This document shows, piece after piece, positions 9,811 through 19,309 of a DNA stretch of 64,000 nt. Both the position numbers and the translations under genes were made by a program. Where the stretch lies: the sequence record MW394390.1. One strand, written 5' to 3'. Within the stretch, counting starts at the first letter, position 1; every line of letters begins with the position of its first letter. Below the pieces are notes generated by a model that worked only from the letters and a program-made list of their open reading frames with translations, was not told the origin of the DNA and did no database searches. The DNA comes from Klebsiella phage vB_KpM_FBKp34.

Positions 9811-10290
9811 TTAAACAGTAATACCTTGGATAGAGTTCAGAGAAATTGCAGTAGTTCCTCTTACAAGACTACAATCTTTAAGTCCAATCACCCAATCTAC
9901 AGAAGTAACTTCTGAACCGATTGTATTTTCACCTTGACTTTGAATCCAGCCAATTGTATTAATAATAAAACCACGGGGGTCTTCCATATACACAGGGAAA
10001 GCAACTTCTCTTGTTAAATACATCTGCTCATGATACGCTGTAATAACATCATTAGCACTAGACGTTGCTTGCAGTGATAGAGTAAGAGTTCCTAGTTTAT
10101 TTCTTTGCAGTGCAAGAGATACGTCACCATCTGTCCCTGAATAAGGAACAATGATATCACTGGTCTTAGTAATAGTGATTTTAGTATCTGTAGCAAAACC
10201 ATAAGGTGCCCAACCACCCAGAAGTAACGTAACTTCTGAAGGATCGTAGGCCATTAGACCTGTTAGCATTTGATCCATTATATTCTCCAA
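9811..10290 (-). CDS. tail tube protein
   Basis: 159 aa immediately after the sheath gene, followed by a terminator; typical contractile-tail tube size. Confidence 0.55.
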   Translation of the reverse strand: MENIMDQMLTGLMAYDPSEVTLLLGGWAPYGFATDTKITITKTSDIIVPYSGTDGDVSLALQRNKLGTLTLSLQATSSANDVITAYHEQMYLTREVAFPVYMEDPRGFIINTIGWIQSQGENTIGSEVTSVDWVIGLKDCSLVRGTTAISLNSIQGITV

Positions 10291-10320
10291 TAATATGGGG
10301 AGCTTTACTCCCCTTTATAA

Positions 10321-11688
10321 TTAACGGTCAACCAGAACGTTTACCTGAACTTTGATGTAGTGAATGAAACCAGCATAAACATATTCAACCACAACACCAT
10401 TCAGAACACGTTGTGCAATGTCATTCGTAGGAATATCTGCTCTATTAGGAACATAGACAGTAGGTCTTAAATCTTCTCTCATACCTGTTTCAGTAGAGAC
10501 GTTGATTTCATTCGCAATAGATCCATTTAAAATACCCTGATTAAGAGGATTATCCCAAATAGCTTGACGAACTTGACCCAGACCTACAGAAGTAAATCTT
10601 ACTCCAGATAACAGATCAGAACGACGTTTAAGCAGTGCAAACAGGCTTTCAGCTACACGAGCTTTAACCCACAATGCATGGTGAATTGTATCACAGAAGT
10701 TACCATCGACCATTCTACCATCACGATAGAAGTTCTGTCCATATTCACGACGATAGATGTTACCATTCTGAGCTACGATATTTGTTTCTTGTGTAGTTGT
10801 TAGTTTCTGTACTGCAAGACCAATTAGGGTTTTACCATGTAGGGTAGTAGTACCAGGATCAGCAGCAGCAATAGCACCTACAACAGCAGCTTCTGGGAAT
10901 GTAGTGTCTGCATCAGTACGCCACATTGCAAAACCAGTATTACGATAACCTGAGAGCATCAGTTCTTGAAGAATGTTGCCATCTTCTGCGTTGACTACAG
11001 CGGTATCTTGTGAACTTGTCCAATAAATCTTATCATGCTCTTGGGCATAGCCTGCAAGATTCATAACATCTGCTGGTACATGACTATCAGAAACCATCCA
11101 GAACCAAGTATTATTCACGTCTGCAACAGCAGTAATATCTTCCAGAATATCTGAACTTACATTACGTACCTGAACTAAATTAGTCCCTACAGATACATCT
11201 AATGCTTCACCTTCTACAGGGGTAAGTACCAGACTGTTTCCAGTTACAGATGCTGTTACTCTGGTATTCCATGTAGTATCTGCACTAATTAAAGTTTGCA
11301 GTCCAGTTGCAATTTCTGTTACTGTTGGTGAAGAAGTCGCCACAAACTGGAATGCTTTAGATACTGAGCCATGTTTTAAAGTAACTGTGTAAATAGCATT
11401 TGCTACAGCAGTTGGAGTGATAGTATAATTTTCTAGTTGTCTACGTCCGATGACGATCTGATCTGGAGCACCAACACCCTGGAACATTAAAGATGCCATT
11501 TGGTATGTTGGGGAGTCACTAGCAAAACCTGCTTGAAGCATTGCATCAGTTGAAGTATAAACATCAACAGTATTTTCAGTGACATTGTGTGCTGCCAGGA
11601 TCAGTGCAATATCGAATACAGCAGTTTCAATTACTGCTGAACCGAAGACTAGTGTTACGTCAATAACTTTATCAATTAAAGTTGCCAT
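10321..11688 (-). CDS. tail sheath protein
   Basis: 455 aa, precedes the tube gene; GGGGAG...CUCCCC hairpin between sheath and tube. Confidence 0.55.
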   Translation of the reverse strand: MATLIDKVIDVTLVFGSAVIETAVFDIALILAAHNVTENTVDVYTSTDAMLQAGFASDSPTYQMASLMFQGVGAPDQIVIGRRQLENYTITPTAVANAIYTVTLKHGSVSKAFQFVATSSPTVTEIATGLQTLISADTTWNTRVTASVTGNSLVLTPVEGEALDVSVGTNLVQVRNVSSDILEDITAVADVNNTWFWMVSDSHVPADVMNLAGYAQEHDKIYWTSSQDTAVVNAEDGNILQELMLSGYRNTGFAMWRTDADTTFPEAAVVGAIAAADPGTTTLHGKTLIGLAVQKLTTTQETNIVAQNGNIYRREYGQNFYRDGRMVDGNFCDTIHHALWVKARVAESLFALLKRRSDLLSGVRFTSVGLGQVRQAIWDNPLNQGILNGSIANEINVSTETGMREDLRPTVYVPNRADIPTNDIAQRVLNGVVVEYVYAGFIHYIKVQVNVLVDR

Positions 11689-11705
11689 TACAATAGATCC
11701 CCTTT

Positions 11706-12281
11706 TTAAGTTGTAAGGAAAGTGACATTTATGCCTTGAATAACGGGGTTAACATCTCCCTCGTATTTATTTGTATATATTGACCCTGTTATAGTTTCAA
11801 CTAAATTAGGGGCATTAGTATCAAGTGAAGAGATTCTTGCATTGAATGTTACAAGCATTCTTGCTCTTTTTTCTGTTTCAATTCCATCAAAGACAGTGTT
11901 AGCAGGTGTGGCATTAGAAACATCTAATAAACCAATCCCTTTAGAGTAAAGATGTTGATATCTTAATTCTTGAAAACCTCTAAAAGCTTGTATTAGTAGT
12001 GCAAGTGTTGCCATAGGTCTTCCAAATCTTGCTACTAATTCTACAGTAAAGGTTAAATCTGTTTTAGCTATATATCTACCATCTTCATTGATTTCATTAG
12101 TATTACCCCATCCATTTGAGTCGTCATATGATAAAATATGGACACCCACAGATGGTACTGTTTCATCAGGCCATGGTTGATCTATCAGAAATAAACTTAA
12201 ACCAGTTACTTCTTGAATGAAGGCTCCTATGTTCTCAAGCAGATAGTCTTCGACTAATTCCATTTTATCTGCATTAACCAT
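11706..12281 (-). CDS. hypothetical neck / tail completion protein
   Basis: Start re-assigned to ATG at 12281 with GGAGGAA RBS; ATGGTTAA overlap with the stop of the upstream ORF. Confidence 0.4.
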   Translation of the reverse strand: MVNADKMELVEDYLLENIGAFIQEVTGLSLFLIDQPWPDETVPSVGVHILSYDDSNGWGNTNEINEDGRYIAKTDLTFTVELVARFGRPMATLALLIQAFRGFQELRYQHLYSKGIGLLDVSNATPANTVFDGIETEKRARMLVTFNARISSLDTNAPNLVETITGSIYTNKYEGDVNPVIQGINVTFLTT

Positions 12282-12693
12282 AGTTTCCTCCAGTTGTATT
12301 TGAAGAGTCCATTGAGTTATTAATTTCTTCTCGAACTGCTGCACAATGGTAGTGTGATAGATAAGATGTTCTGGTCCAATCTTTGAAATTATATATAGAG
12401 AACCACTCCCCATTAATTTGTATTTGATCAGCTAATTGGTTAGTATTCTGTTCTAAACCTTTCATTTCTGTTTTACACCAGAACTGATAAACAGCTTTTG
12501 ATCTATAACCTTCTGGTAGAGCTTGAAGAGTTCTTCCATCTATTGGTTGCAAACTACAATCTTCGATGGTAAAATCTGTGTAATTAACTGTAGCGTAGGA
12601 ATTTTTAAAGACGCTTTGGGTTGATTTAACATATTCTCTATGTCTTCCTTGATAATTTTTTAATTCTATGAGTGTTAATTGTTCTAATAACAC
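12274..12693 (-). CDS. hypothetical head-tail joining protein
   Basis: 139 aa ORF, translationally coupled to the next gene. Confidence 0.4.
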   Translation of the reverse strand: MLLEQLTLIELKNYQGRHREYVKSTQSVFKNSYATVNYTDFTIEDCSLQPIDGRTLQALPEGYRSKAVYQFWCKTEMKGLEQNTNQLADQIQINGEWFSIYNFKDWTRTSYLSHYHCAAVREEINNSMDSSNTTGGNYG

Positions 12694-12738
12694 AAAACCT
12701 CCTCTACACTTAATTTTAGCACGAAAATAGTATAATAA

Positions 12739-13224
12739 TCAAGACTTCTCATTAATCTTATATTCTGCGCTATTAAGTAATTCAGAAGTTTCTACAAGAA
12801 TTGTGGAACTTCCTTTTTTCGCAACAGTCGATGGTGCTAATGGAGTAAATCTTTGAGACATAATACTTCTTTGTATTGTTCTTACACCAGTCACACCTAC
12901 TGGCTTGAATGAAGAATTAGCATCTTTCCTTTTGAAGAGATAATCTATCATTCCCTTTCTCATTGCAGAAATATCTTTATCATTTAATAGTTTTACACTA
13001 TAAAAAACAAAAGGTCTTGCTGGAATATTTCTTTTAACACTACCATATTCTTGAATAAGGGCTAAAGAACCAATAGGTAAACCAGAAGCATCATGCGTTT
13101 TGTCATCATAATAACCGTACTCTACAGATACTTGATCTAACCTATAAGTTCTTTCTTCAAGTTGGTCAAAAAAAGATGTATCCCATTTACTGTCAATTTT
13201 CAAAGACATTATCTTCTTCTCCAA
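12739..13224 (-). CDS. hypothetical head-tail connector protein
   Basis: 161 aa ORF in neck region. Confidence 0.4.
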   Translation of the reverse strand: MEKKIMSLKIDSKWDTSFFDQLEERTYRLDQVSVEYGYYDDKTHDASGLPIGSLALIQEYGSVKRNIPARPFVFYSVKLLNDKDISAMRKGMIDYLFKRKDANSSFKPVGVTGVRTIQRSIMSQRFTPLAPSTVAKKGSSTILVETSELLNSAEYKINEKS

Positions 13225-13715
13225 GGATTATATGGATCTACAAAAGTCCCTCTTGGTCTCCTGTTATCTACTCCAAAACCCCACAGACCATTAACACTAT
13301 TAGGATCACATTTAACCCTATCGACCTCGCATCTTTCAACACCACCGATAATTACACCTTTAGCGATTGGTCTTGTTGTTCCAGGTATCCATAAATCTCC
13401 ATTCAGATATCCATCCAGTATTTTCTGCCATTTAGAAACATAATCAGCAGTATAACCAACTTCAACTTCAACCTGTCCAACCTTTTCCCTTCGTGTAGAA
13501 CCAGCAGTTCCACCACTACCATTTGGATCTGTATAAATAAGATAATATAAACAATCTATGGTGGCATTATAAAGAACAACAGGTTCTTGTCTTGGATCAG
13601 GGTATATTGCAGTCCATTTATCAATATTTGCTGCAATAATTTCATCTGGCAATTCTTGTTCTGTCGGATAAAAGCAATATGACCTAACTTTAAGAATTTG
13701 TTCTGGAGTAGCCAT
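13209..13715 (-). CDS. hypothetical head-tail connector / head completion protein
   Basis: 168 aa ORF overlapping the next gene start. Confidence 0.4.
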   Translation of the reverse strand: MATPEQILKVRSYCFYPTEQELPDEIIAANIDKWTAIYPDPRQEPVVLYNATIDCLYYLIYTDPNGSGGTAGSTRREKVGQVEVEVGYTADYVSKWQKILDGYLNGDLWIPGTTRPIAKGVIIGGVERCEVDRVKCDPNSVNGLWGFGVDNRRPRGTFVDPYNPWRRR

Positions 13716-13717
13716 AA

Positions 13718-14128
13718 TTACCCCTCAGTTTTAAGGAGATTAATGATTTCTTCTTTTTTCAGGGTTGGTTTTACTTCAAGACCTTTTTCAAGAGCCATGG
13801 CAAGCAGTTCAGCTTTAGTTTTTTCTTCAAGAGTACTTTTAGCTAATTCTTTTTCTACTTGATCAAGATAGCCATCTTCAAAGGTTACAAGATATCCGAA
13901 ATTAGCTTCAATGCAACCAGACGGAATAAGCTTAACACCAAATGTTTCTTTGATTAGCTCACAAAGGTGTGTAAAATTACATCCACCGATAATGCCTTTA
14001 GATTTACTAAACATTGCATAATTAGGGGTTTGCTTATTTAATTCAACGTCACTGTTAATTTTATTTAAAAAGATTAAAAACTCACTAAAGTTCCAAAAAC
14101 TTTTCTGATTTTCTTTTGTTACAAACAT
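13718..14128 (-). CDS. hypothetical protein with C-terminal HeH/Rho-N-like helix-hairpin motif
   Basis: 136 aa; GGAGGAACCGATG RBS; C-terminal ELLAMALEKGLEVKPTLKKEEIINLL resembles the Rho_N/HeH fold. Confidence 0.4.
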   Translation of the reverse strand: MFVTKENQKSFWNFSEFLIFLNKINSDVELNKQTPNYAMFSKSKGIIGGCNFTHLCELIKETFGVKLIPSGCIEANFGYLVTFEDGYLDQVEKELAKSTLEEKTKAELLAMALEKGLEVKPTLKKEEIINLLKTEG

Positions 14129-14140
14129 CGGTTCCTCCGA

Positions 14141-14174
14141 TATAAATAAAGGGAGATAGCTCTCACTATCTCCC
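14141..14174 (-). terminator. rho-independent terminator after the major capsid gene
   Basis: Perfect 9-bp stem GGGAGAUAG/CUAUCUCCC with 6-nt loop, followed on minus RNA by UUUAUUUAUA. Confidence 0.6.
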
Positions 14175-14194
14175 TTTAGATAAGGACGCTATAC

Positions 14195-15193
14195 TTAGGA
14201 CATTGTGCTACGTACAACCAGTTCAGGACGAGTGTTCACAGCCAGCAGAGAGAACTCTGTTTCAATGTGAGCAGTACGATGATCCTGAATCATGTACATA
14301 TAGAAGTCTTGAGCAACTTCGTTGGCATCAGAAATAGCATCAGCAGGAGCATAGAACGCCTGGAACATATTCGGAATACCACGTGGGAAGAAGTAAGCTT
14401 CATTAGTCGGGATAGTTCCATACGGATCTTCTACATAAAGAACACCGTTGAAGAACCAAGAACGAGCATCAGAGTTACCACCAATACGATCACGCAGAGG
14501 AGACTGACCAGCAATACCATTATAAGCTGCACGAGTAAACGAGTTGCTTACAAGAGCCTGGAAATACTGACGACCACACAGTGCAACAATATCAGTAACA
14601 GCAGTACCAGTACCTTTGTTGTCGATAATGAAACCACGAATTTCACTTTCAATAGTGTCAGTAGGGTTAACAGTAGTAGAACTGAAAGCTACATCAACAA
14701 CTTCCTGGGTTACACCCCAAGTCTGGTAGTAGTCATAGTGCTCGTTAGCGTTTGCAGCAGTAACACCTGCATAGCTACGACCCATAACAGCTTCAGTAAA
14801 GATACGCTCTTTAGTGACAGACTCTGCATTACGAATCTGATTCAGCTTACGAGTAACAGCTTGCTGTACTGTAGCAGGAGTATCTTCACCAAGATCCAGA
14901 AGATTTGTAAAGTTCTGTACATCTACAGCTTTAATGTTAGCATCAACTGGGAAGAATGGTACAATGAAGGCCACTTCTGAAGGTTGATTACCAGTGATCC
15001 AGTTACGTTCACCTTGACGTTGACGAGCTTCAATCAGAACTTGTTCATCAACAATACGCTGTGCACGTACAGTGGTAGAACGGTCATAATTGATGTCGAA
15101 CAGATCAAGAGATTCAACAACACCCGGAGTACGAGTGGTAATCTCAATCAGTGGAGACAGATCATAAAACTGGTTAGTTAAAAAATTAGGCAT
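14195..15193 (-). CDS. major capsid protein
   Basis: 332 aa downstream of decoration/scaffold genes, followed by a strong terminator; size and position typical of an HK97-fold capsid protein. Confidence 0.6.
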   Translation of the reverse strand: MPNFLTNQFYDLSPLIEITTRTPGVVESLDLFDINYDRSTTVRAQRIVDEQVLIEARQRQGERNWITGNQPSEVAFIVPFFPVDANIKAVDVQNFTNLLDLGEDTPATVQQAVTRKLNQIRNAESVTKERIFTEAVMGRSYAGVTAANANEHYDYYQTWGVTQEVVDVAFSSTTVNPTDTIESEIRGFIIDNKGTGTAVTDIVALCGRQYFQALVSNSFTRAAYNGIAGQSPLRDRIGGNSDARSWFFNGVLYVEDPYGTIPTNEAYFFPRGIPNMFQAFYAPADAISDANEVAQDFYMYMIQDHRTAHIETEFSLLAVNTRPELVVRSTMS

Positions 15194-15210
15194 TTAGATA
15201 TTCTCCTTTA

Positions 15211-15612
15211 TTAAGTAGTAGGCAGAAGGACTTTATCAGTCAGTTTCAGACCTTTCGCTTCCAGTGCGATTACACCTGCGTCATCAATGGCAGAACCATC
15301 AGAGTAGACAACACGGTAACGATTCAGAGTTGCATCTTGTTTAGCAACAACAGCACGGAATGAAGTACCTACTGGGATAGCATCTAGACCAAATGGCTGG
15401 TCAGCCCATACGAATACGGTGTCTGCATCAGCAGCGGCAGCAGCTTCTGTCAGGTCATCGGCAATAACGGAACCAAACTGAAGAGTCGCAGTCATTGTCA
15501 GGCTAACCTCACGGAAAGCGTGACCAATGTCACTACCCATTACATAACCCAGAACTAGATCTGAGTAGTAAGGCATACGGCGGTCAGTTGGCACATAAGC
15601 TTGTTTTGGCAT
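15211..15612 (-). CDS. head decoration-like protein
   Basis: 133 aa Ala/Asp/Val-rich ORF between scaffold and capsid genes (lambda gpD-like position). Confidence 0.4.
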   Translation of the reverse strand: MPKQAYVPTDRRMPYYSDLVLGYVMGSDIGHAFREVSLTMTATLQFGSVIADDLTEAAAAADADTVFVWADQPFGLDAIPVGTSFRAVVAKQDATLNRYRVVYSDGSAIDDAGVIALEAKGLKLTDKVLLPTT

Positions 15613-15627
15613 TGTTTACCTTCCTTA

Positions 15628-16968
15628 TTATTTAGATTGTTTTGCTTTAAGAACAGCAGCAATAGCTTTAACTTTTTCTACACCATCTTTCGGGGCTTCA
15701 GCCTTGCGGTCAGAACCTTTTTCGGAGGCAAATTCAGCTTTTACTTTTTCGATTTCTTCATGTGCTTTATTCAGCATTTCAATAAAGATTACAGAATTTT
15801 CAGTATCAGCCATCAGAGCTTTAACTACTTCTTCTACTTTATCTTCTTCTACGAAACCGAAACCTTTGACCACATCTTCGTATGCAGTTTTAATACGTTT
15901 CTGTTCTGCTTTTTCTACTGCTTCAAGTCTTTCGTTAGCTTGTTTCAGAGATTTAGCCAGTTCTTCTTTTTCTGCATCTTTCTCTTTGGTTGCATCTGCA
16001 ATAAGAGATTTCAGCATTTCTTGTGCTTCAGCACTTTTTAATAGTTCATTCAGATCCACAATATTGGCTCCTTGTTTTTTAGTGATTTTTCCAGAGGAAT
16101 TCCCCTCTGATTTATCTTTATCCTCTGATTCAATCACAGAGTTTTTATTTTCCAGAGATTTAATAATGTCTGGGACATCATTATCCGGGAAGAATTTTTT
16201 ATATGCTTTACGAACTTTAGCTTTAACAGAAGCAAGATCTTCTTCAGGAATTTCAACTTTATTTCCTCTGAAACCTTTACCAAGAGCAGCTACAGCCGCT
16301 GATGTATGTCTTGCATCGTCAATTCTAAGTTTCCAGGTGGAAGGTTTTTCTTTATCTGGTGTATAAGCATAATCAGAAGCTGTAAGCGTTGAACTACCAA
16401 CTTTCTTAGTAGCAGCTTTAATAACTTCTACGGTAGCTGGTTGACTTAGGGATTTAGCTAACATATCATAAACATCTTGTTCCATAGAATCCATTAGGTC
16501 TTCAGAAACAAGGATATCATTTCCGATAACAACATAGTCCTGAATAGGAACTACTGGATTAGCTACATCACCAACTTCAACATTTGTACCATCTGAGGTA
16601 TAATCTACTGAATAAGTGCCTGAGTCTGTTGTAAATATTGCAACTGAATCATTCCAGTCAGAGACCCAAACATAATCATATTTATCTACAAACTCTTTTT
16701 CTCTGATTTTTTGATTTAGCATGTTTCTAAGGTCATTAGCATACATTGCTTTTTCAAGGTCTGTAGTATCTTCACCAAGTTCTTTCAACTTAATGATTAA
16801 ATCTTTATTAATTTCTGTGTTGTCTGCTTTGAAAAGAAGTGGTTTATTATAGCCAGAAGCTGCACCACCTTGGAAGTCAAATGTGAGTGCAATATGTGCA
16901 CCAAGACTATCCTCTGATTCTTCAAAGTCAAAACTAACATCTTCTAAATAAGTGTTAAGTTCTGGCAT
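15628..16968 (-). CDS. capsid scaffolding protein
   Basis: 446 aa, highly charged Glu/Lys-rich helical C-terminal half, between protease-like and capsid genes. Confidence 0.5.
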   Translation of the reverse strand: MPELNTYLEDVSFDFEESEDSLGAHIALTFDFQGGAASGYNKPLLFKADNTEINKDLIIKLKELGEDTTDLEKAMYANDLRNMLNQKIREKEFVDKYDYVWVSDWNDSVAIFTTDSGTYSVDYTSDGTNVEVGDVANPVVPIQDYVVIGNDILVSEDLMDSMEQDVYDMLAKSLSQPATVEVIKAATKKVGSSTLTASDYAYTPDKEKPSTWKLRIDDARHTSAAVAALGKGFRGNKVEIPEEDLASVKAKVRKAYKKFFPDNDVPDIIKSLENKNSVIESEDKDKSEGNSSGKITKKQGANIVDLNELLKSAEAQEMLKSLIADATKEKDAEKEELAKSLKQANERLEAVEKAEQKRIKTAYEDVVKGFGFVEEDKVEEVVKALMADTENSVIFIEMLNKAHEEIEKVKAEFASEKGSDRKAEAPKDGVEKVKAIAAVLKAKQSK

Positions 16969-17456
16969 TATTTCTCCACTTTCTTACGTCTACCTTGAGC
17001 ACCAATAGAGATACCCTTAAAGACGCCATCTTTTCTTTTCTGAAAAAGTTCTGGATCATGGAACTTCAACTTCACTAATGGTAAACCTTCTTTAACTTCT
17101 TCTTCACCAATAACACAATCGCATTCATTTACCCAGGCTTTAACTGGAGAGAATTTATCTGTGTTAATTGCATGACCAAAGTTACCTTTAATCTTATCTA
17201 TATTGGCATTGAAGTTATCTACCATTTTACGAATTTCAACTTCTGTCATTCCCTCGCCATGTGCATCTGCTTCTAACGGAGCACAATAAAGAACTTCAAT
17301 ACTCTCCATTTTCTCATCTTCAAATTTCTTAATGACTGGGAGATTTACATTAGAAGGCTTTTCCGTGGAATGTTTTAATTCATCTTCAGAAGTCGTGTCG
17401 AGAAATTTTTTAAATAGCTCAACAAGAGATTCTTTGTTAAACAAAGGTTCCTCCAA
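16968..17456 (-). CDS. putative prohead protease / XkdF-like head maturation protein
   Basis: 162 aa immediately downstream of portal and upstream of scaffold; conserved His/Gly residues (HGEGMT, FGHAI); weak assignment. Confidence 0.35.
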   Translation of the reverse strand: MEEPLFNKESLVELFKKFLDTTSEDELKHSTEKPSNVNLPVIKKFEDEKMESIEVLYCAPLEADAHGEGMTEVEIRKMVDNFNANIDKIKGNFGHAINTDKFSPVKAWVNECDCVIGEEEVKEGLPLVKLKFHDPELFQKRKDGVFKGISIGAQGRRKKVEK

Positions 17457-17482
17457 AAAGTTAGTTACCTTCTCTAATACTT

Positions 17483-17511
17483 ATTTTATAGTATTATTTT
17501 TATAATGTCAA
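17483..17511 (-). promoter_or_regulatory. sigma70-like promoter (minus strand) for the head genes
   Basis: Revcomp reads TTGACA-17 nt-TAAAAT in the portal/protease intergenic region. Confidence 0.5.
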
Positions 17512-17591
17512 CACTATTAGATTAGAAAAGTATATTTTATTTAATAATTTAAAACTTATTTGTGGTAAAATAACCATCCTTGGTTAAAATT

Positions 17592-19172
17592 TTAAGCAGC
17601 ATTCTCATTATTCATAGTTGAGGTATCTGTTGAAGAAACAGAAGTTGAAGTGCCATTTAATCCACCTGCGGCAATTCCATCTCCAGATCTACTTGTTGAT
17701 GCTGGAACATTATTTGCAATAAATTCGGCAGCTTTCTCTGGATCAGAAACTATGTCATCAGGAATTCTATATTTAAAACCGCACATCTCTAGCATTTCAT
17801 TCATTGTCTCAGCATTGAGAGGAATTGCTCCTACAGCTACTACACGTTGAATCATTTTAGAATTGCCTTCAATGTCAGGATCACCAACATCACCAGGTTC
17901 AAATACAGGCATTTCTTCATCAGTAAGATACATGCCATTTAAAGCTAGGAGTTGTGGAATGAGGTCTTTATTAAGAACTTCAGAAATCCCTTTGACATCA
18001 TGTTCAATAAATTGAGAATGAAGAGTTTGTTTATTATCGCTTAAAGAATATGAACCAGTTTCACTGTTACCCATAATAAGAAAACCAGCACCAAAACTGT
18101 CATATATTTCTTTTTTCCTTTGCTGTTTTAATTCTGTAGTATCAAATTGCTTACCTGAACCATCGATACCAAGGAATTTGATTTCATATTGTGGTGTTGT
18201 GCTTTGATCATGAAGATCCGATGGGATAATCATGTAAGCCTGTTCACCTGCATGAAGGTTAGCGAGGTTAGCTTTTAGAGTCTCAATGCTCATCGCTTCA
18301 TCACTATTAGGATCAACAGCAGCACGATTAAGGATGTCTGTTGGCACTTTTAATACCGGAGTACCACCTAAGTCTTTACCCACACCTACGACTTCATATT
18401 CAGAGATAAGTGTTTTTTCTTTCCATGTAATATAAATAGACGAAAGAGGTGAGACACCTGTAGGATTAGAATCCGTAATTTGCTCACCAAACAACAGAAA
18501 CTTATTTCTAGGAATATAAATCTCACCAACCAGACTTACATCAGTATCTGTTGTGAAAGTGCTTTTGTTTGGGATCACTTGATAAACACCAAGAACGTCT
18601 CTACCATCATCAGAATATCTAAATGGTTTATTTCTTCTAAGTGTTGATTGTGGCCTTGATGCTAATTTTTTGATTTTATAATTTCCAGCATACTCACCAG
18701 AAGTTACTTTAGTAAAAACTTTTTCCAGAACAGAAAAACCATATACTTTATAGGTTAACGCTTCTCTTGCAACCTGTCGTAGTGTTTGTGAATCCATGTT
18801 CTTTAAACACCATTCTACAAACTTTGCAGCTTTCTCAGATTTGCGATTACCTTTTTTATATTTTACCTCAAACTCATCAAAAGCCCTTTCTACAAAAAGA
18901 TAGTTTGCAGTTAAAGCCGTAGCAACGTCTGCATCATTTGCCATGAGACTGTATGTATCAAGACAACGAGGCCACGAAATCTCATAAGGTCTTATCCAGT
19001 TTGCATACACGTTGATTGTATTAAGTGCTGTTGTACCAATCTCACCTAATTTTAATCTTGATGTAGTTTGATCTGTGTTTCCTGCCTTATTAACTTCTTT
19101 TGTAGTCTGAGGAGATTTAATCTTGTCCCAGTAATCAGATTTTTTAGTATATTTTCTTTTAACTGTTGACAT
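17592..19172 (-). CDS. portal protein
   Basis: 526 aa directly downstream of the large terminase; size and order typical of a portal. Confidence 0.65.
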   Translation of the reverse strand: MSTVKRKYTKKSDYWDKIKSPQTTKEVNKAGNTDQTTSRLKLGEIGTTALNTINVYANWIRPYEISWPRCLDTYSLMANDADVATALTANYLFVERAFDEFEVKYKKGNRKSEKAAKFVEWCLKNMDSQTLRQVAREALTYKVYGFSVLEKVFTKVTSGEYAGNYKIKKLASRPQSTLRRNKPFRYSDDGRDVLGVYQVIPNKSTFTTDTDVSLVGEIYIPRNKFLLFGEQITDSNPTGVSPLSSIYITWKEKTLISEYEVVGVGKDLGGTPVLKVPTDILNRAAVDPNSDEAMSIETLKANLANLHAGEQAYMIIPSDLHDQSTTPQYEIKFLGIDGSGKQFDTTELKQQRKKEIYDSFGAGFLIMGNSETGSYSLSDNKQTLHSQFIEHDVKGISEVLNKDLIPQLLALNGMYLTDEEMPVFEPGDVGDPDIEGNSKMIQRVVAVGAIPLNAETMNEMLEMCGFKYRIPDDIVSDPEKAAEFIANNVPASTSRSGDGIAAGGLNGTSTSVSSTDTSTMNNENAA

Positions 19173-19309
19173 TTACCTCTCCAAATAATAAAGTTACTAA
19201 AAGTAAAAATAATTATTTACCAACTTTTATTAGTAAACAATTAATATCATATTATCAGATATTACAAGGTTTTGTCAATTCTTATTAAAAGTAAAATCAT
19301 AAAGTCGCA

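Noticed and set aside
14267-15181. Plus-strand ORFs 14267-14980 and 14984-15181
   Set aside because: Antisense to the major capsid gene; no RBS, Ser/Thr/Asn-rich composition artefact.
15601-16366. Plus-strand ORFs 15601-16041 and 15704-16366
   Set aside because: Antisense to the scaffold gene; Phe/Ser/Leu-rich low-complexity frames.
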